Assembly (NCBI RefSeq): GCF_001194135.2 | Contig: NC_068984.1 | Location: 20,008,264 to 20,072,263 of the forward strand | Length of the DNA stretch: 64,000 bases | Source of the DNA: Octopus bimaculoides | Taxonomy: Eukaryota | Direction of reading: 5' to 3' | In this document: one piece after another, positions 13,096 to 25,021 of the stretch | How positions within the stretch are numbered: the first letter of the stretch is position 1 | Layout of the letters: each line of letters starts with the position of its first letter | Made by a program: the position numbers and the translations under genes | Notes under the pieces: generated by a model | Seen by the model: the letters and a program-made list of their open reading frames with translations, nothing else | Told to the model about the DNA's origin: nothing | Databases searched by the model: none

Positions 13096-13223
13096 GGGTG
13101 TAGGAGTGGCTATGTGGTAAGAAATTGTTTACTACGTGGTTCTGTGTTCTGCTATAGCCTCAGACCGACCCAGAGCCTTGTGAGTGGATTTGGAAGAAGG
13201 AAACTGAAAGAAGACTGTCTTGT

Positions 13224-13275
<52 letters not shown>

Positions 13276-13503
13276 GTGTTTGTACGTCCGTGTTTGTCAC
13301 CCACCATCACTTGACGGCCGGCGTTAGTGTGTTTAATTCTCCGCAACGTAACGGTTCGGCAATAGAGACCGATATACTAAGTACATGAGTACCAAGCTTA
13401 AAAAGAAGTACTGGGGTTGAATTATTTGACTGCAATTCCTCAAGGCAGTGCCCCAACATGGCCACAGTCTAATGGCTGAAACAAGTAAAAGATAAAAGAT
13501 AAG
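13096..13503 (+). mobile_element. CORE-type SINE family D, near full length with internal (TG)n
   Basis: Head, CORE-like segment, microsatellite, then a 3' part ending CAGCATGGCC(G/A)CAGTC...TGAAACAAGTAAAAGA. Other plus copies are at 34418-34690, 45548-45950 and 62935-63245. Confidence 0.85.
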
Positions 13504-13746
13504 AGACCCTACCAGTTGGATCTCAAAGTATTAAGTGCAAAAATGAAGACCCAATAAAAATCTTCAACAAGCAGAGATTTATTAATCTACTTTATTGAGT
13601 AAAATTATCTAACTGTATATTTTCATATTTATAAGTATATCTTCTTTTTTTAAACATCTGCGCTACGTAAACGTCAAAAATATCTATGTGGCTCTTTTTA
13701 TTAAACAACTTGGCCATCTTTGGTCTATAATATATTAGTGAGTGTA

Positions 13747-13992
13747 GGGCGGCGAGAATTCCGCCGAGGTCGACTTTGCCTTTCATCCTTTCAGGGTCGA
13801 TAAATTAAGTACCAGTTGCATACTGGGGTTGATCTAATCGACTGGCTCCTCCCCCAAAATTTCAGGCCTTGTGCCTAGAGTAGAAAAGAAGTACTAGTTA
13901 CGCACTGGAGTCGATGTAATCGATTTAATCCCTTTGTCTGTCCTTGTTTGTCCCCTCCATGTTTAGTCCCCCTGTGGGCAATGAAGAAATAA
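13747..13992 (+). mobile_element. SINE family C, internally deleted, carrying both tail types
   Basis: GGCGGCGAG is joined directly to AATTCCGCCGAGG. Tail type 2 (...CCTAGAGTAGAAAAGAA) is followed by a partial body and tail type 1 (...GTGGGCAATGAAGAAAT). Confidence 0.8.
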
Positions 13993-14558
13993 ATACATTA
14001 GTGGGTGTGCTACAAGAGTACATAAATTAAACCAACTCCCATGGAAACGGAGTCATAAGTTCAGGCAACGAACGAAACCTTTAACATATTGATGCCAAAA
14101 TAAACAATTTAGGTTTTTCTTCCGTTATTGAATCATCGCTACACGTCCTTAGATTTAGTTACTAACAAAATACGGTGTTCTCTTTTCATAATTCCCACCC
14201 CATTTTTGTACATTTTTGTACATTTTTTTCTTTTTACATTGCTCTAGCTTCCCCCAACGCCATCACTATCATTTTCATCATTGCCTGTTACGTTCATTCT
14301 GTATAAAATAATAAGCGCACATATTGTTTAAATATAGCAAAAGAGAAGAAAAAAGTGTACCAACATCTGAGATGGGTGTAAAATGTTTATAAGGAAACTA
14401 CCGATGGTAGCAATTTTAGTGATAATACATTCATTCCAATAGCGATAATCACGTTGAAGATAACACTTAAGACATGTTTCACTAATATTGTAAACGTAGG
14501 TCACTTTTCAAAAGGAATATGAAATTACTTAGCTAGAGCATTAATTTTTTTTTTTTTT

Positions 14559-14749
14559 GACATACCTACACAAGTGTGTCTCCTGCTACCCACCCACATC
14601 GTCTTTGTTTCCTCATAACATTCAGAAAATTAGATATATTTTTCTGATGAAATTTTCTATAAATACCTTTCAGATGGCGTACATTCCGATATAGTCGGAA
14701 TTTAATGTGGGAAAACTGTTGGGAGCGCACGCAAGTATACTGACACATG

Positions 14750-14793
<44 letters not shown>

Positions 14794-15022
14794 AAAAATG
14801 AAAGAAATGAAAATTGTAATGTGTGTCTATGTATGTGTGCACAGTCACCATTTTTTTAAAAATTTCATTTCATTTCATTTCATTTTTTAGATTAAATTCC
14901 GATATAATTGGAATCTACGCCATCTGGAAGGTATTAATAGAAAATTTCATGAAAAGAAATCGATTAATCTGAAAGATATGAGGAGACAAAGTCAGTGGAG
15001 GGCACACTTGTGTAGGAATGCC
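14559..15022. mobile_element. Fold-back/MITE with ~150-bp imperfect TIRs and a central (TG)n
   Basis: Left arm CCTACACAAGTGTG...CAGATGGCGTACATTCCGATATAGTCGGAATTTAAT is reverse-complementary to the right arm ATTAAATTCCGATATAATTGGAATCTACGCCATCTG...CACACTTGTGTAGG. Confidence 0.85.
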
Positions 15023-15611
15023 ATTTTTGTACATTTGTTTTTTTAAGAGAAAGAGTAACTTTAATTGAAACTATTTATTATATTAATTTGTTGACACCTG
15101 AATATTCAGAAGTCTGACAAGAACTAATCTGAGTTGAATCGACCATCGGGAAGACAAACCAAAGAACGCGCTGGAACGAAAACAAAAGACAGACGTCTTT
15201 TATGGCAAAGAGTGCGCATGAATATTTCTCGGTTATTTTTAACAGCTGTTTATTTCTCGGTCGTTTGTAAACAAAACTTTCTAGCGAATGCTTTCTTTTA
15301 CTAAATACACTCTGGCTGCGGTGCACGTGAACTGCCTATTAGATGACACACCCGTTGGCAGAGATAATTTTAGAACAGACATCTATCTATAATTATAATT
15401 GGAATCTTAATTGGACAAGCGATGGTAAGGAAAGAAATTAATGACAAATAGTTACTTGTTTTAATCGATCCCCGAAGGATTAACGATTTTGAGTATATCC
15501 ATCATTTGTATTCAGGATAGTGTGATACCAAACCAGATGCAGAAATACTGCAAAGTTGTGATGTATCCCACAAGGTACCTAAAGACTTAACCAGACTCTT
15601 AAGAAAAAAGA

Positions 15612-15716
<105 letters not shown>

Positions 15717-15844
15717 TGTGTGCGTGCATTTATGTAAGTTATGTATGTTTTTATGTAGGTTATGTATGTATATATGTATATATGTATATATGTATGTATG
15801 TATGTAGGTAGGTAGGTAGGTTGGTAGGTAGGTAGGTAGGTGCA

Positions 15845-16040
15845 ACCGTTAATCCAGACATGTTTTTTCTGTCTCTCCATTTTTTTTTTCACTCTCTCCA
15901 TCTCTTTTCTCTTCTCATTCCTTTCTGTAGAAGAGCATAGATTGGAAACATCAAAGATGTCTTACATTTCTCCTGAGTGTCAAACTAAATACATCTTGTA
16001 TGTTGTTCTCTCACCTGACCATGATTTTTGTTTCTTTGTC
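15845..16040 (+). mobile_element. Penelope-like short repeat, decayed copy with a degenerate hammerhead-like motif (15921-15956)
   Basis: Homologous to 29690-29850, 40125-40290 and 49525-49695. Confidence 0.55.
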
Positions 16041-16290
16041 TTTTGTACAATTTTGAGCCATATGTATATATATGTATACGTTTGCATACATACATACATA
16101 CATACATACATAGTGCAATCTGAAAGTGGAACAGTAAAAATATGCAAGACTTTTCTCAAGTTCCAAATGTGAATTTGTCTGTGTTAACTACGACCCAAAG
16201 ATTGAGCCTTGTATCTTTATTGGAAACCGACTCCCTCCTCTTTGAAAGATTTATAATAATTAAAAAATAGAAGATACATACATACATACA

Positions 16291-16321
<31 letters not shown>

Positions 16322-16924
16322 GTATACATACATGCATTCATACACATCTATGCATACATTATTTTGTTTCTGTTATAGGCACAAAACCTGAAATTTTGTG
16401 GAAGGTAGCTAGTAGAATACTTCCACCCCAATATTCAGCTGGGGCTTATTCTATCAACCTCGAAAGCAAAGTCAATCACAGAAGAATTTGAACTCTGACA
16501 CCATCATCACAACAATTTCTGCACCTTGCAACAGCACCGCTCCTTCCAGCGGTGCCGAGTAGCATTGATGTCACCATGTAATATCTAGTTTCTTTTAGTC
16601 CTAACGGCTAATACTGACAAAGAATCGAAGCATATCATACACAGTTATCAGGAGGAATAACAACATGGTTGATACTCTTTTCTACAGCATGCTTCACAAT
16701 GACTTACTTTATCGATATTTCTCTCGGGTTAACAATTAACTTCCCAACCTTACTTTTTCAGTCTCCCATTAATGTCTTCCTTTCAACTTTTCCCTGAAGA
16801 AGGACGGTTGTCCGAATCGTTGGATTTTTTTTATTACTCCTCACGGCAAGTTCACTGCACTCTCTTTTTTTTATCGATTTGTACATACAATTACATATGT
16901 ATATGCACATACATATGCATAAAT

Positions 16925-16971
<47 letters not shown>

Positions 16972-17499
16972 AATAAACACATACACGTATATATACATAT
17001 ATATGCTGTATGTATTTGTGCACGCGTGTATATGTGTGATGTGTGTATATGTGTGTATGTATATATAAACACATATATAAATAGATATGCATATACATGT
17101 TTTTGTAAGTTGCATATACATACATACATACATACATACATATGGGTGTGTATTTATGTAGATCATTATATGCGTACGAACGTGTCTGAGACGACATTCG
17201 TGACAAAAGAGGAGGAAATAATTTTGTCAATAGTGTAACTATGCAAAGTATGGAATAACAAGAACTAAATATGTAAAGAATGTCATAGATATGGCTGCTC
17301 CTGTCTTGAAACATTTTTATAAGATTCTTTCATATTTTTTCTCTTGTGTCAATTGGTTTTTCTATGCTTTTTTTTTTCTCTTGTTTTACTATTTCTCATT
17401 TCCCATGTCAGCTATATGTCAGGTGGCTCTTGTATCAACAACACGTAGAAATTATATGTCAGGCAGGTAAAGAAAGAGTTAAGAGCTATCAGACTAGGT

Positions 17500-17735
17500 T
17501 AGTGATGGTAGTGGTGGTGCTTCTTCTTTTTCTTTTTCTTCTCTTTCTTCATCATTTTCTTCGTCTTTTTCTTATGCTCCTCCTCCCCTCCTGCTATTCC
17601 TTCTATTCCTCTTCTTCCCCTTCTTCCTCCTCCTCCACTACTTCTTATCCTTATTCTCCTTCCTCTTGCTGCTGTTGCTGTTGTTGTTTTCTTCTTCTTC
17701 TTCTTCTTCTTCTTCTTCTTCTTCTTCTTCATTTT
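17500..17735. repeat. (TTC)n/(CCT)n/(TGC)n trinucleotide tract
   Basis: Directly visible. Confidence 0.95.
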
Positions 17736-20700
17736 GTTTAACTCCAGTTCCGGTATGATCCAGCAAACCTATGATCAAAGGGCTTCCACCTTTCACTATC
17801 CGGTCTTCTGTTTTTCTTTATACAATATTCAGGACTACATTGTGACATGCGTGTTTCTTTTCTTAAGACATTAGCGTTTAGCTTGAGGGACATTTGGTTG
17901 TTATTTCTAGCAAGCTTAGTGACCAAGCAGTGGCCCATTCCTTTGCTACGTTTCTAGCATAGAGAAAGGCTTAACGTAGTGACAGCAGCAAGGGGGAAAT
18001 TAAGCACCGCGTCAATTATACATACGGATGATAATGAAGCAAAACTAGAGTGTTTAGAAAATATCAGTTATTCGAATACATCGCTTGCAAAAAATTATCT
18101 GAAGAGACAGAGTTCGTTCGATGTATTTTAGGCTAACATTTAAAAAAACCCTGTAGAATGGACAAATCAAAGGAATGAATATATATGAGCCATTTTTCTA
18201 TCTTTCAGGAGAGAAGGCAGTGCCTATGATATTTTAGTGACGCTCCGAAACTGGTTGGAAGTAAGGAGAGAGGAGGAAAGTATCTTTAAACCTGAAACCC
18301 GGCTCAAATGCTTGCAACAGAGTGAGCTCCGCTAAAGGCACCCGGTTTATCAGCACCATCCAAGGCAGTGGTGGTTTTTAAACCGGGTGACTTATTCATT
18401 CAACTACCCAATGTTTAAACATGTTTGTGCTTAAACCAAATTTGACTACACGCGCCTGATTCTCCAACCACTGAAAGGACAGCGATAACCCACGAGATCT
18501 AAAGTCCATTGATCCACATTGCAAGAGAATATATCTACACAACGGTTTATAGTGACATTAGTAGTGTGCATTGACAAATATCACAAGTTTCACTGTGAAG
18601 AAGTTCTTGGAATATGAATAGCCCAAGATGACTGTTGCCTTCTTCCAGATGCAGGAGGTTGTTGGAAATCCAATCTGTCAGAAACCATCTTAAAGCAGAC
18701 AGACACAATTTCATTTAAATTTCAGCTTTTGTTTTTAAATAACTCACAAAACAACACAACAACGTAGATAGGTCGCCTTCACTATGGTTAAGGAACGCTA
18801 CCTACCCGTCTTGTTCTGACATGAACTAAGGTTCCGTTACTCCCAAGGTGATTTTGCAGTGCGCTTGTTGACCATCCCGCATATTTCTAATTCCCCGTGC
18901 ACTTCTACTAGCTAAAACCATTTGCCCAAAACTGGTTTCGTCTGTCCTTTTGACAAGTTCCGTTTTTGTTCTGCTCCTCTTTCGGTTTGATTGAGGCGAG
19001 TACCGATTTAGTCGCCGATGAGCCGATCATGCAACATGTATTGGATTTCATATTGCCAGTAGCAAACGATCGACTAAACTCAAGTTTGCACAAGATGCAG
19101 TAATTCTGTAGAGGTTCAGATTCTAGAAGGAAACGCAACCGAAAAACTAGGTTTGCTAGTCGACTCTCATTTGATGCAGGTCTACTTTATTTATGCTATT
19201 GTCTTCAAATTTCCGGTCACTGTATTTCGCTCACAACAGTTTGGTTAACCCTAACTTTCGAAGCAGACTCTTCTCCGGTGCCACACAATGAGATGAGTCC
19301 TGAGAGCACGTGGTTGTGAAGTATACTTCATTATCATTCAGCGTAGTATTATTTATTGATATTGCTTGATTAATAAGCAAGGCTACGCTGCAGGGTAACA
19401 AGTTTATTGTGTCTATCATCGCATTCACAAAGTATTCCTTGGGTAGTGAGATGTGGTATACTTCAGCACCAGATTTTCACGTTTTGAGCAGCTAAGAAAC
19501 ATCTTCATTATTAGAAAACTATTAGAACAGATATTTTGCTCTTGGTAGAATGATAACAAGACTGCTGGGCAAGTGTATTTAACGTTTGACAGTTAGACGG
19601 TTCTCACATTACCAACAGCCGTATATTTCCATTTGGAGCTAATTTATAGCTCTTCCTGTGTCATGCTTTGCTCTGATGACAGGATATAACCGTAGGCCTC
19701 TCAATGAAGAAGCAGACATCCCAACAATTTGGTTGTATTGGAACTAACTAAAAGATACTAAACATTTCAATTAATCTTATGCTTGAACCAATTTACGAGC
19801 TTCAAGAAAACACAGCTCTTTTACCTTCAGTTTGGATTAGCAGGAACTTGGACATTATTGTAAATATTTTGGTATCAAAATTATGAAAGCATGTATCATC
19901 CAGTCGTTCAGGAAAATCAGTGAGATGAATTCTGGTTCACAATTAAAATATTAATATTCTTTTCTACTCTAGGCACAAGGCCCGAAATTTTGGGGGTGGG
20001 TGTCAGTCGATTAGATCGATTCCAGTACGCAACTGGTACTTAATAATTAAAATATTAATATTGTTAGTGATTTTACATAGAAGAATATTGTATTTTCCCT
20101 GAGATATTTCCCTGGGTGTATTGTTTTTGTTCAGCTGCAAGCCTTGATTAAATAAACATATGATCAAAGGTGTTCCAGTCGTGGCCACCTCATACTATAT
20201 TCAAAGTTATTGTTTCTAAAACACCATTATCTAATCTGTGTTTCTTTTTAAGATAAGGTAGAATATGAGGGAAATTTAGCTACTATTTTTAGCATGTCAA
20301 CTGACCACATGTAATGACTCAGTGCTTGTTTCCATTATGAATTTGTGATGGAAAACCAGTTGAAATGCTAATTTCTAATTATATGCACAAAACGCCTTTA
20401 GTCTATAAATTAGCTTTAATAACATAAACACCGAGCACATGCTATGTAACCATGGCAGCAGCTGAATAATTAAGATACCAGACTAATAAGTCTTAGCTTC
20501 AAACCCTGCATTTAACAATTCGTATTGTCCCTACCAGCGCAAGCTTCCCCTCTATCAAAATGGCTGCAGGTAGCTGAATTGGTGCCACACTGGACAAAAT
20601 GACTTGCAGTCACATACCTCTACGTTCTGAGTTCAAACCCAACCGGATTAACTTTTCGTTTCAACACTCGAGGGTAAATAAAACAAGCAGCAGTATTATT

Positions 20701-22278
20701 CTTAGATTCGATTCAATCACGTCTACTCCCCTTTCCTTCTCCAAAATGTATGGCTGTCTGCCAAAGTTAGAAATCGTTATTGTACCAATCCCAGTTCCGT
20801 AGTAATAGTGGCGGGAGTTATTCTTATCTTCCAAAACAAACGTGCACACACATGTACGCTCATTCAACAATCTCTTGCCAAAAAATGCTAATCTACCTGT
20901 ACTTTATTTAGCTTTATCAAATTTGCTCATTAAATTTGGACAAATTAGTAGAATGCTGAATTAGATTTGCTTTCTGTAAAGAGTTCGGTTTACAGAAAGT
21001 TCACTGAGTTTAATTCATGCTATATGGACACCCATGACTTTTCCATATAAGTGACACAGTGTGACAAGGATGTCCCTTTGAATTACAGGTACAACAGAAA
21101 CAAGATGAAAGAGTGAGAGAAAGTTGTGGTGGAAGAATACAGAAGGGTTCGCCACCATCCCCTACCGGGGCCTCGTGGAGCTTTAGGTGATTTCGCTCAA
21201 TAAACACTCACAACACCCGGTCTGGGAATCGAAACCGCGATCCTATGACCGCGAGTCCACTGCCCTAACCACTGGGCCATTGCACCTCCACACACGGTAT
21301 TAAGATAATATTAAAATAATGCTGTCTATATGTTCTCTTAAAAAAAAAAAGATGTCAAAAAAACTAGCAACTAGCGTTTAATGATATGGAATATGGTACA
21401 ACAATGAAATTGTGTCTAAAAATATTTCGTAAACTGGTTTCGTTCAACGACAACTTTTTATCTGGTAAATCATTTTAGAATGAGAGTGGGATATTTCTCA
21501 GTTCCTCGCGTGTAATGTTAGAAAGGTTAAAAGAGCAGGCATCGTATTTTTAACGCCTTGGTGGTTTATCTATGTGTGAAAGAATGACTCAGCCGGCTGA
21601 TGTAACACGTCTTGGCGTTAAATATCCAATACGCCGTCGAATAGTGAAGAAGGAAAAGGAGCAAAAACAACAACGAGAATGCACAAGTCCCGCAGTATGT
21701 GGGTTTAAGAATGGACACGTGGTAGCAAACATCAGTAAACGTTTGTATTTTAATCAAATTATGCGAGAATTTTAATCCTTTGACATCCACGTGAGCGACA
21801 AATGACACAACAAATAAACTACAGAGGGTGTTGATGGCTGATGGTGACATCAGTGATAGCTGTAGTCATAAGCACAATTGAGAAATGGCGACAAATGATA
21901 GTAGTGATAGCGATGAATGTGTTGGTGGAGAAGATGTAGTACTAAACAATCTAGCAGAGAAGTAATACTTCTTGAAGAAGAAAGAGAAAAGACCCCACCC
22001 TCCGCGAAAGAGGAAAAGGAAGAGTAGAAATATCACAAAAAATAGGTCCACTCAAGGATGTTTAGTGCATAATATATAAAGCAGCCATATGTTTCCGTTA
22101 CACATAAACGCCTACAGACCGCCGACATAACTTCACGTATGCATCTAGCTATGAAAACAGTATGTTAGATAGGAAATACTTCGTGGTGTGGTTTCCATAT
22201 ATATTTTTTCTATTACTCAAGAAATATTCTTAAGTAGCTCACACTGAATTCACAACGGCGTGTTGGTGCTTTCTGCAT

Positions 22279-22376
<98 letters not shown>

Positions 22377-22677
22377 AACACTTAGCTGTTGTAGATGGGC
22401 AACCCTACAACAGACACGTTCCGTTTAGCAGCGAACATTGGCCTGCTCGCCTAGTTAGCGCGGTGACACCATTCAAAAGCTACAACAATGCAAAAACGCA
22501 CTGTGACTAGGGGTGTATAACATCCGATAGACTGGTCGATGCAGTGATACACTGATAAACACATAAACATACATATCCAGTTATATCTATCTATTTCTAC
22601 ATGTGTGTGTGTGTGTGTGTCCGTGTTCATGTCCATGTCTGTGTATAAATGTATGTGTGAGAAATGCAGCGAACTAT

Positions 22678-23001
22678 CTATTGATTATTATACATGTCTC
22701 GATAGTGACTCGTTCTGCCGTTTGCTGATGCAGTCGAGCAAGGCATTAAAATGTTGTATGTCCTGCAAACCAGAACCAAACCAATACTAAAACGGATATT
22801 GTTGCACACTTCTCTAAGTAACATTAACAAATCTGATGATGGATGGATCATTTGCCGCCAAAACACTAAAGGATATATTTCACAACGTATTGCCTTGCGG
22901 TTGTCGTACTCGCGGTCCATGTTGCTGCTGTTGATGTTACACAAGGCCGCCCTTGAGATTGAGACCAAAAATATGAACAAAGACATTACAGCTATCATCA
23001 T
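22678..23001 (-). CDS. Candidate coding segment, function unknown
   Basis: 107-aa non-repetitive ORF with a hydrophobic N-terminus and a run of C/G-ending codons (AAC ATC AAC AGC AGC AAC ATG GAC CGC GAG TAC GAC AAC CGC AAG). No homologue recognised. Confidence 0.25.
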   Translation of the reverse strand: MMIAVMSLFIFLVSISRAALCNINSSNMDREYDNRKAIRCEIYPLVFWRQMIHPSSDLLMLLREVCNNIRFSIGLVLVCRTYNILMPCSTASANGRTSHYRDMYNNQ

Positions 23002-23395
23002 CTTTCAATCGGTATATCGAAGACATGATTTAATCTATCCTTTATTTTAAAGATGATGGGGGTTTTGGATAGAGTAGATTTAGCAAGCGTAAGGAGACTC
23101 ATTCATTGACTCAAACTTGTCGGCTATTGTGCTGTGGACATATGGCGATACAAATTTATTTAAACAGTTGGGAAAACATGGATTTGTCACTGTATTAACA
23201 CTGAATTAATTAATAAATTCGGATAGTCCTTATTTAATGCTATTTTTTTATTAAAATGCCACTGAAGTTAACGATTTTTTTTTTCCTTTTTTCAATTCCC
23301 TTGAAGTTCGATAAAAATAGAGACCTTAATACGTTGACCGAATTGAATCGATCAGTTGGTCCGCAATATTTCCAAAATGAATTCGTGAGAGAAAG

Positions 23396-23436
<41 letters not shown>

Positions 23437-23844
23437 TGTGTGTGTAGAAACGTATGTCCGCACGCGAGCGTGTGTGCAATACCTATTTATCTTGCTACTG
23501 GGTAACGAGACAAGCACAGACATTGTTTTTTTAACAACCAGTGACAAACGCAAAGACAAGCATAGACACAGACAGAAGCACACATACATACATACATACA
23601 AACATACATATATACATCCATACACACATACATACATACATACATACATACATACATACATACATACATACATACATACATCCATATATACATGCGAAGA
23701 ATCGTTCATNNNNNNNNNNNNNNNNNNNNNNNNNNNNNNNNNNNNNNNNNNNNNNNNNNNNNNNNNNNNNNNNNNNNNNNNNNNNNNNNNNNNNNNNNNN
23801 NNNNNNNNNNNNNNNNNNNNNNNNNNNNNNNNNNNNNNNNNNNN

Positions 23845-23884
<40 letters not shown>

Positions 23885-23886
<2 letters not shown>

Positions 23887-24327
23887 CACTACGATGAGAT
23901 TTTCTTCCACCAGGGTTTTGCAGGATGTCCTCGTCGACCTCTACACACCATCCAGGACGAGGCTCGTATCCTAGGCTGTTGTTTCCGGCTCGGAATTTCT
24001 GGAACTATCGTGGACAGTGGCTTACACTTATTGTCCGATCCCCATATACTGCATTGATATTCCTCACACTTTCTCTTGCATTGTTGCCTTTCTTGAACTC
24101 ATAAAGCAAAATATGCCGATTATACTCCTTTGTCACTTCCATTATAGCTTTGAAAAAATAACTGTTATTAAAAATAACTGGCATTCTTCAAAACTTTCAC
24201 TAAGAATAAGGATAAGGTAAAATTACTACCTGTTTTTATAGCAAGTTGATACAGGTGGTTTATTCCGTCCCCTTCCAACTTTGAGTTCATGCAATTGAAA
24301 AAACCACGTTATTTATGGGATGACCCA

Positions 24328-24328
<1 letters not shown>
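23885..24328 (-). mobile_element. Mariner element 5' half with a transposase N-terminus pseudogene
   Basis: TIR TTGGGTCATCCCATAAATAACGTGGTTTTTT abuts a TA in the GATA array. From the ATG at 24142 it reads MEVTKEYNRHILLYEFKKGNNARESVRNINAVYGDRTISVSHCPR*FQKFRAGNNSLGYEPRPG, a mariner HTH region. Confidence 0.88.
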
Positions 24329-24395
<67 letters not shown>

Positions 24396-24424
24396 GGTAG
24401 ATAGGTANNNNNNNNNNTGAGAAG

Positions 24425-24496
<72 letters not shown>

Positions 24497-24864
24497 TATA
24501 TGTACATATATGTGTCTACGTGTGATCACTCTCGAGTACTACTGATAACATGTAGTCCAGTACAACTAATTAGGTTCCCCACCAAGTTTACTACTTAAGG
24601 AGGGTTGGTAAAAACCTTGCGGTAGAAAAAAAAACAATACCCGAGAAAAGGGCGAGTGCGTCTGACGTATCATCAATGATTATTTAGCATTTGCACCGAG
24701 ATATTGAAATAAATATTCATTGTGGTGAACGAGTTCACCGCAAAACAAGCCGGGGGTGATGAACCTCTAGTTCTTGCTAGAACATCTGTTATAAAGAAGG
24801 TTATTCTGATCGTCTCAGCCGATGATAAGCTATCAGGAGGAAAGCTGTTTTATCTGGAAAATGA

Positions 24865-25021
24865 ATGAAATTCTGCGCGTGCTTCATTTGCCATAATCAG
24901 TTTCATGCACAGAAACTTGTTGGAAAACACCTTATGGATCATTCAAAAAGTCCTGTGGTGATGAGGAGTTGTGGAACGTACAAGCAAGACCAGCTGGAAG
25001 TATCTTATTGCAAACCTGCAG
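24865..25021 (+). CDS. Candidate coding exon (C2H2-finger-like frame, or an alternative Cys-rich frame)
   Basis: Strong donor CAG|GTAGGT after 25021 and a possible acceptor at 24900. CFICHNQFHAQKLVGKHLMDH fits C-x2-C-x3-F-x5-hydrophobic-x2-H-x3-H. A second frame is also open across 24901-25021. Confidence 0.35.

Noticed and set aside
17412-17466. 55-nt segment bounded by strong acceptor- and donor-like sites
   Set aside because: No homology evidence; cannot be supported without transcripts.
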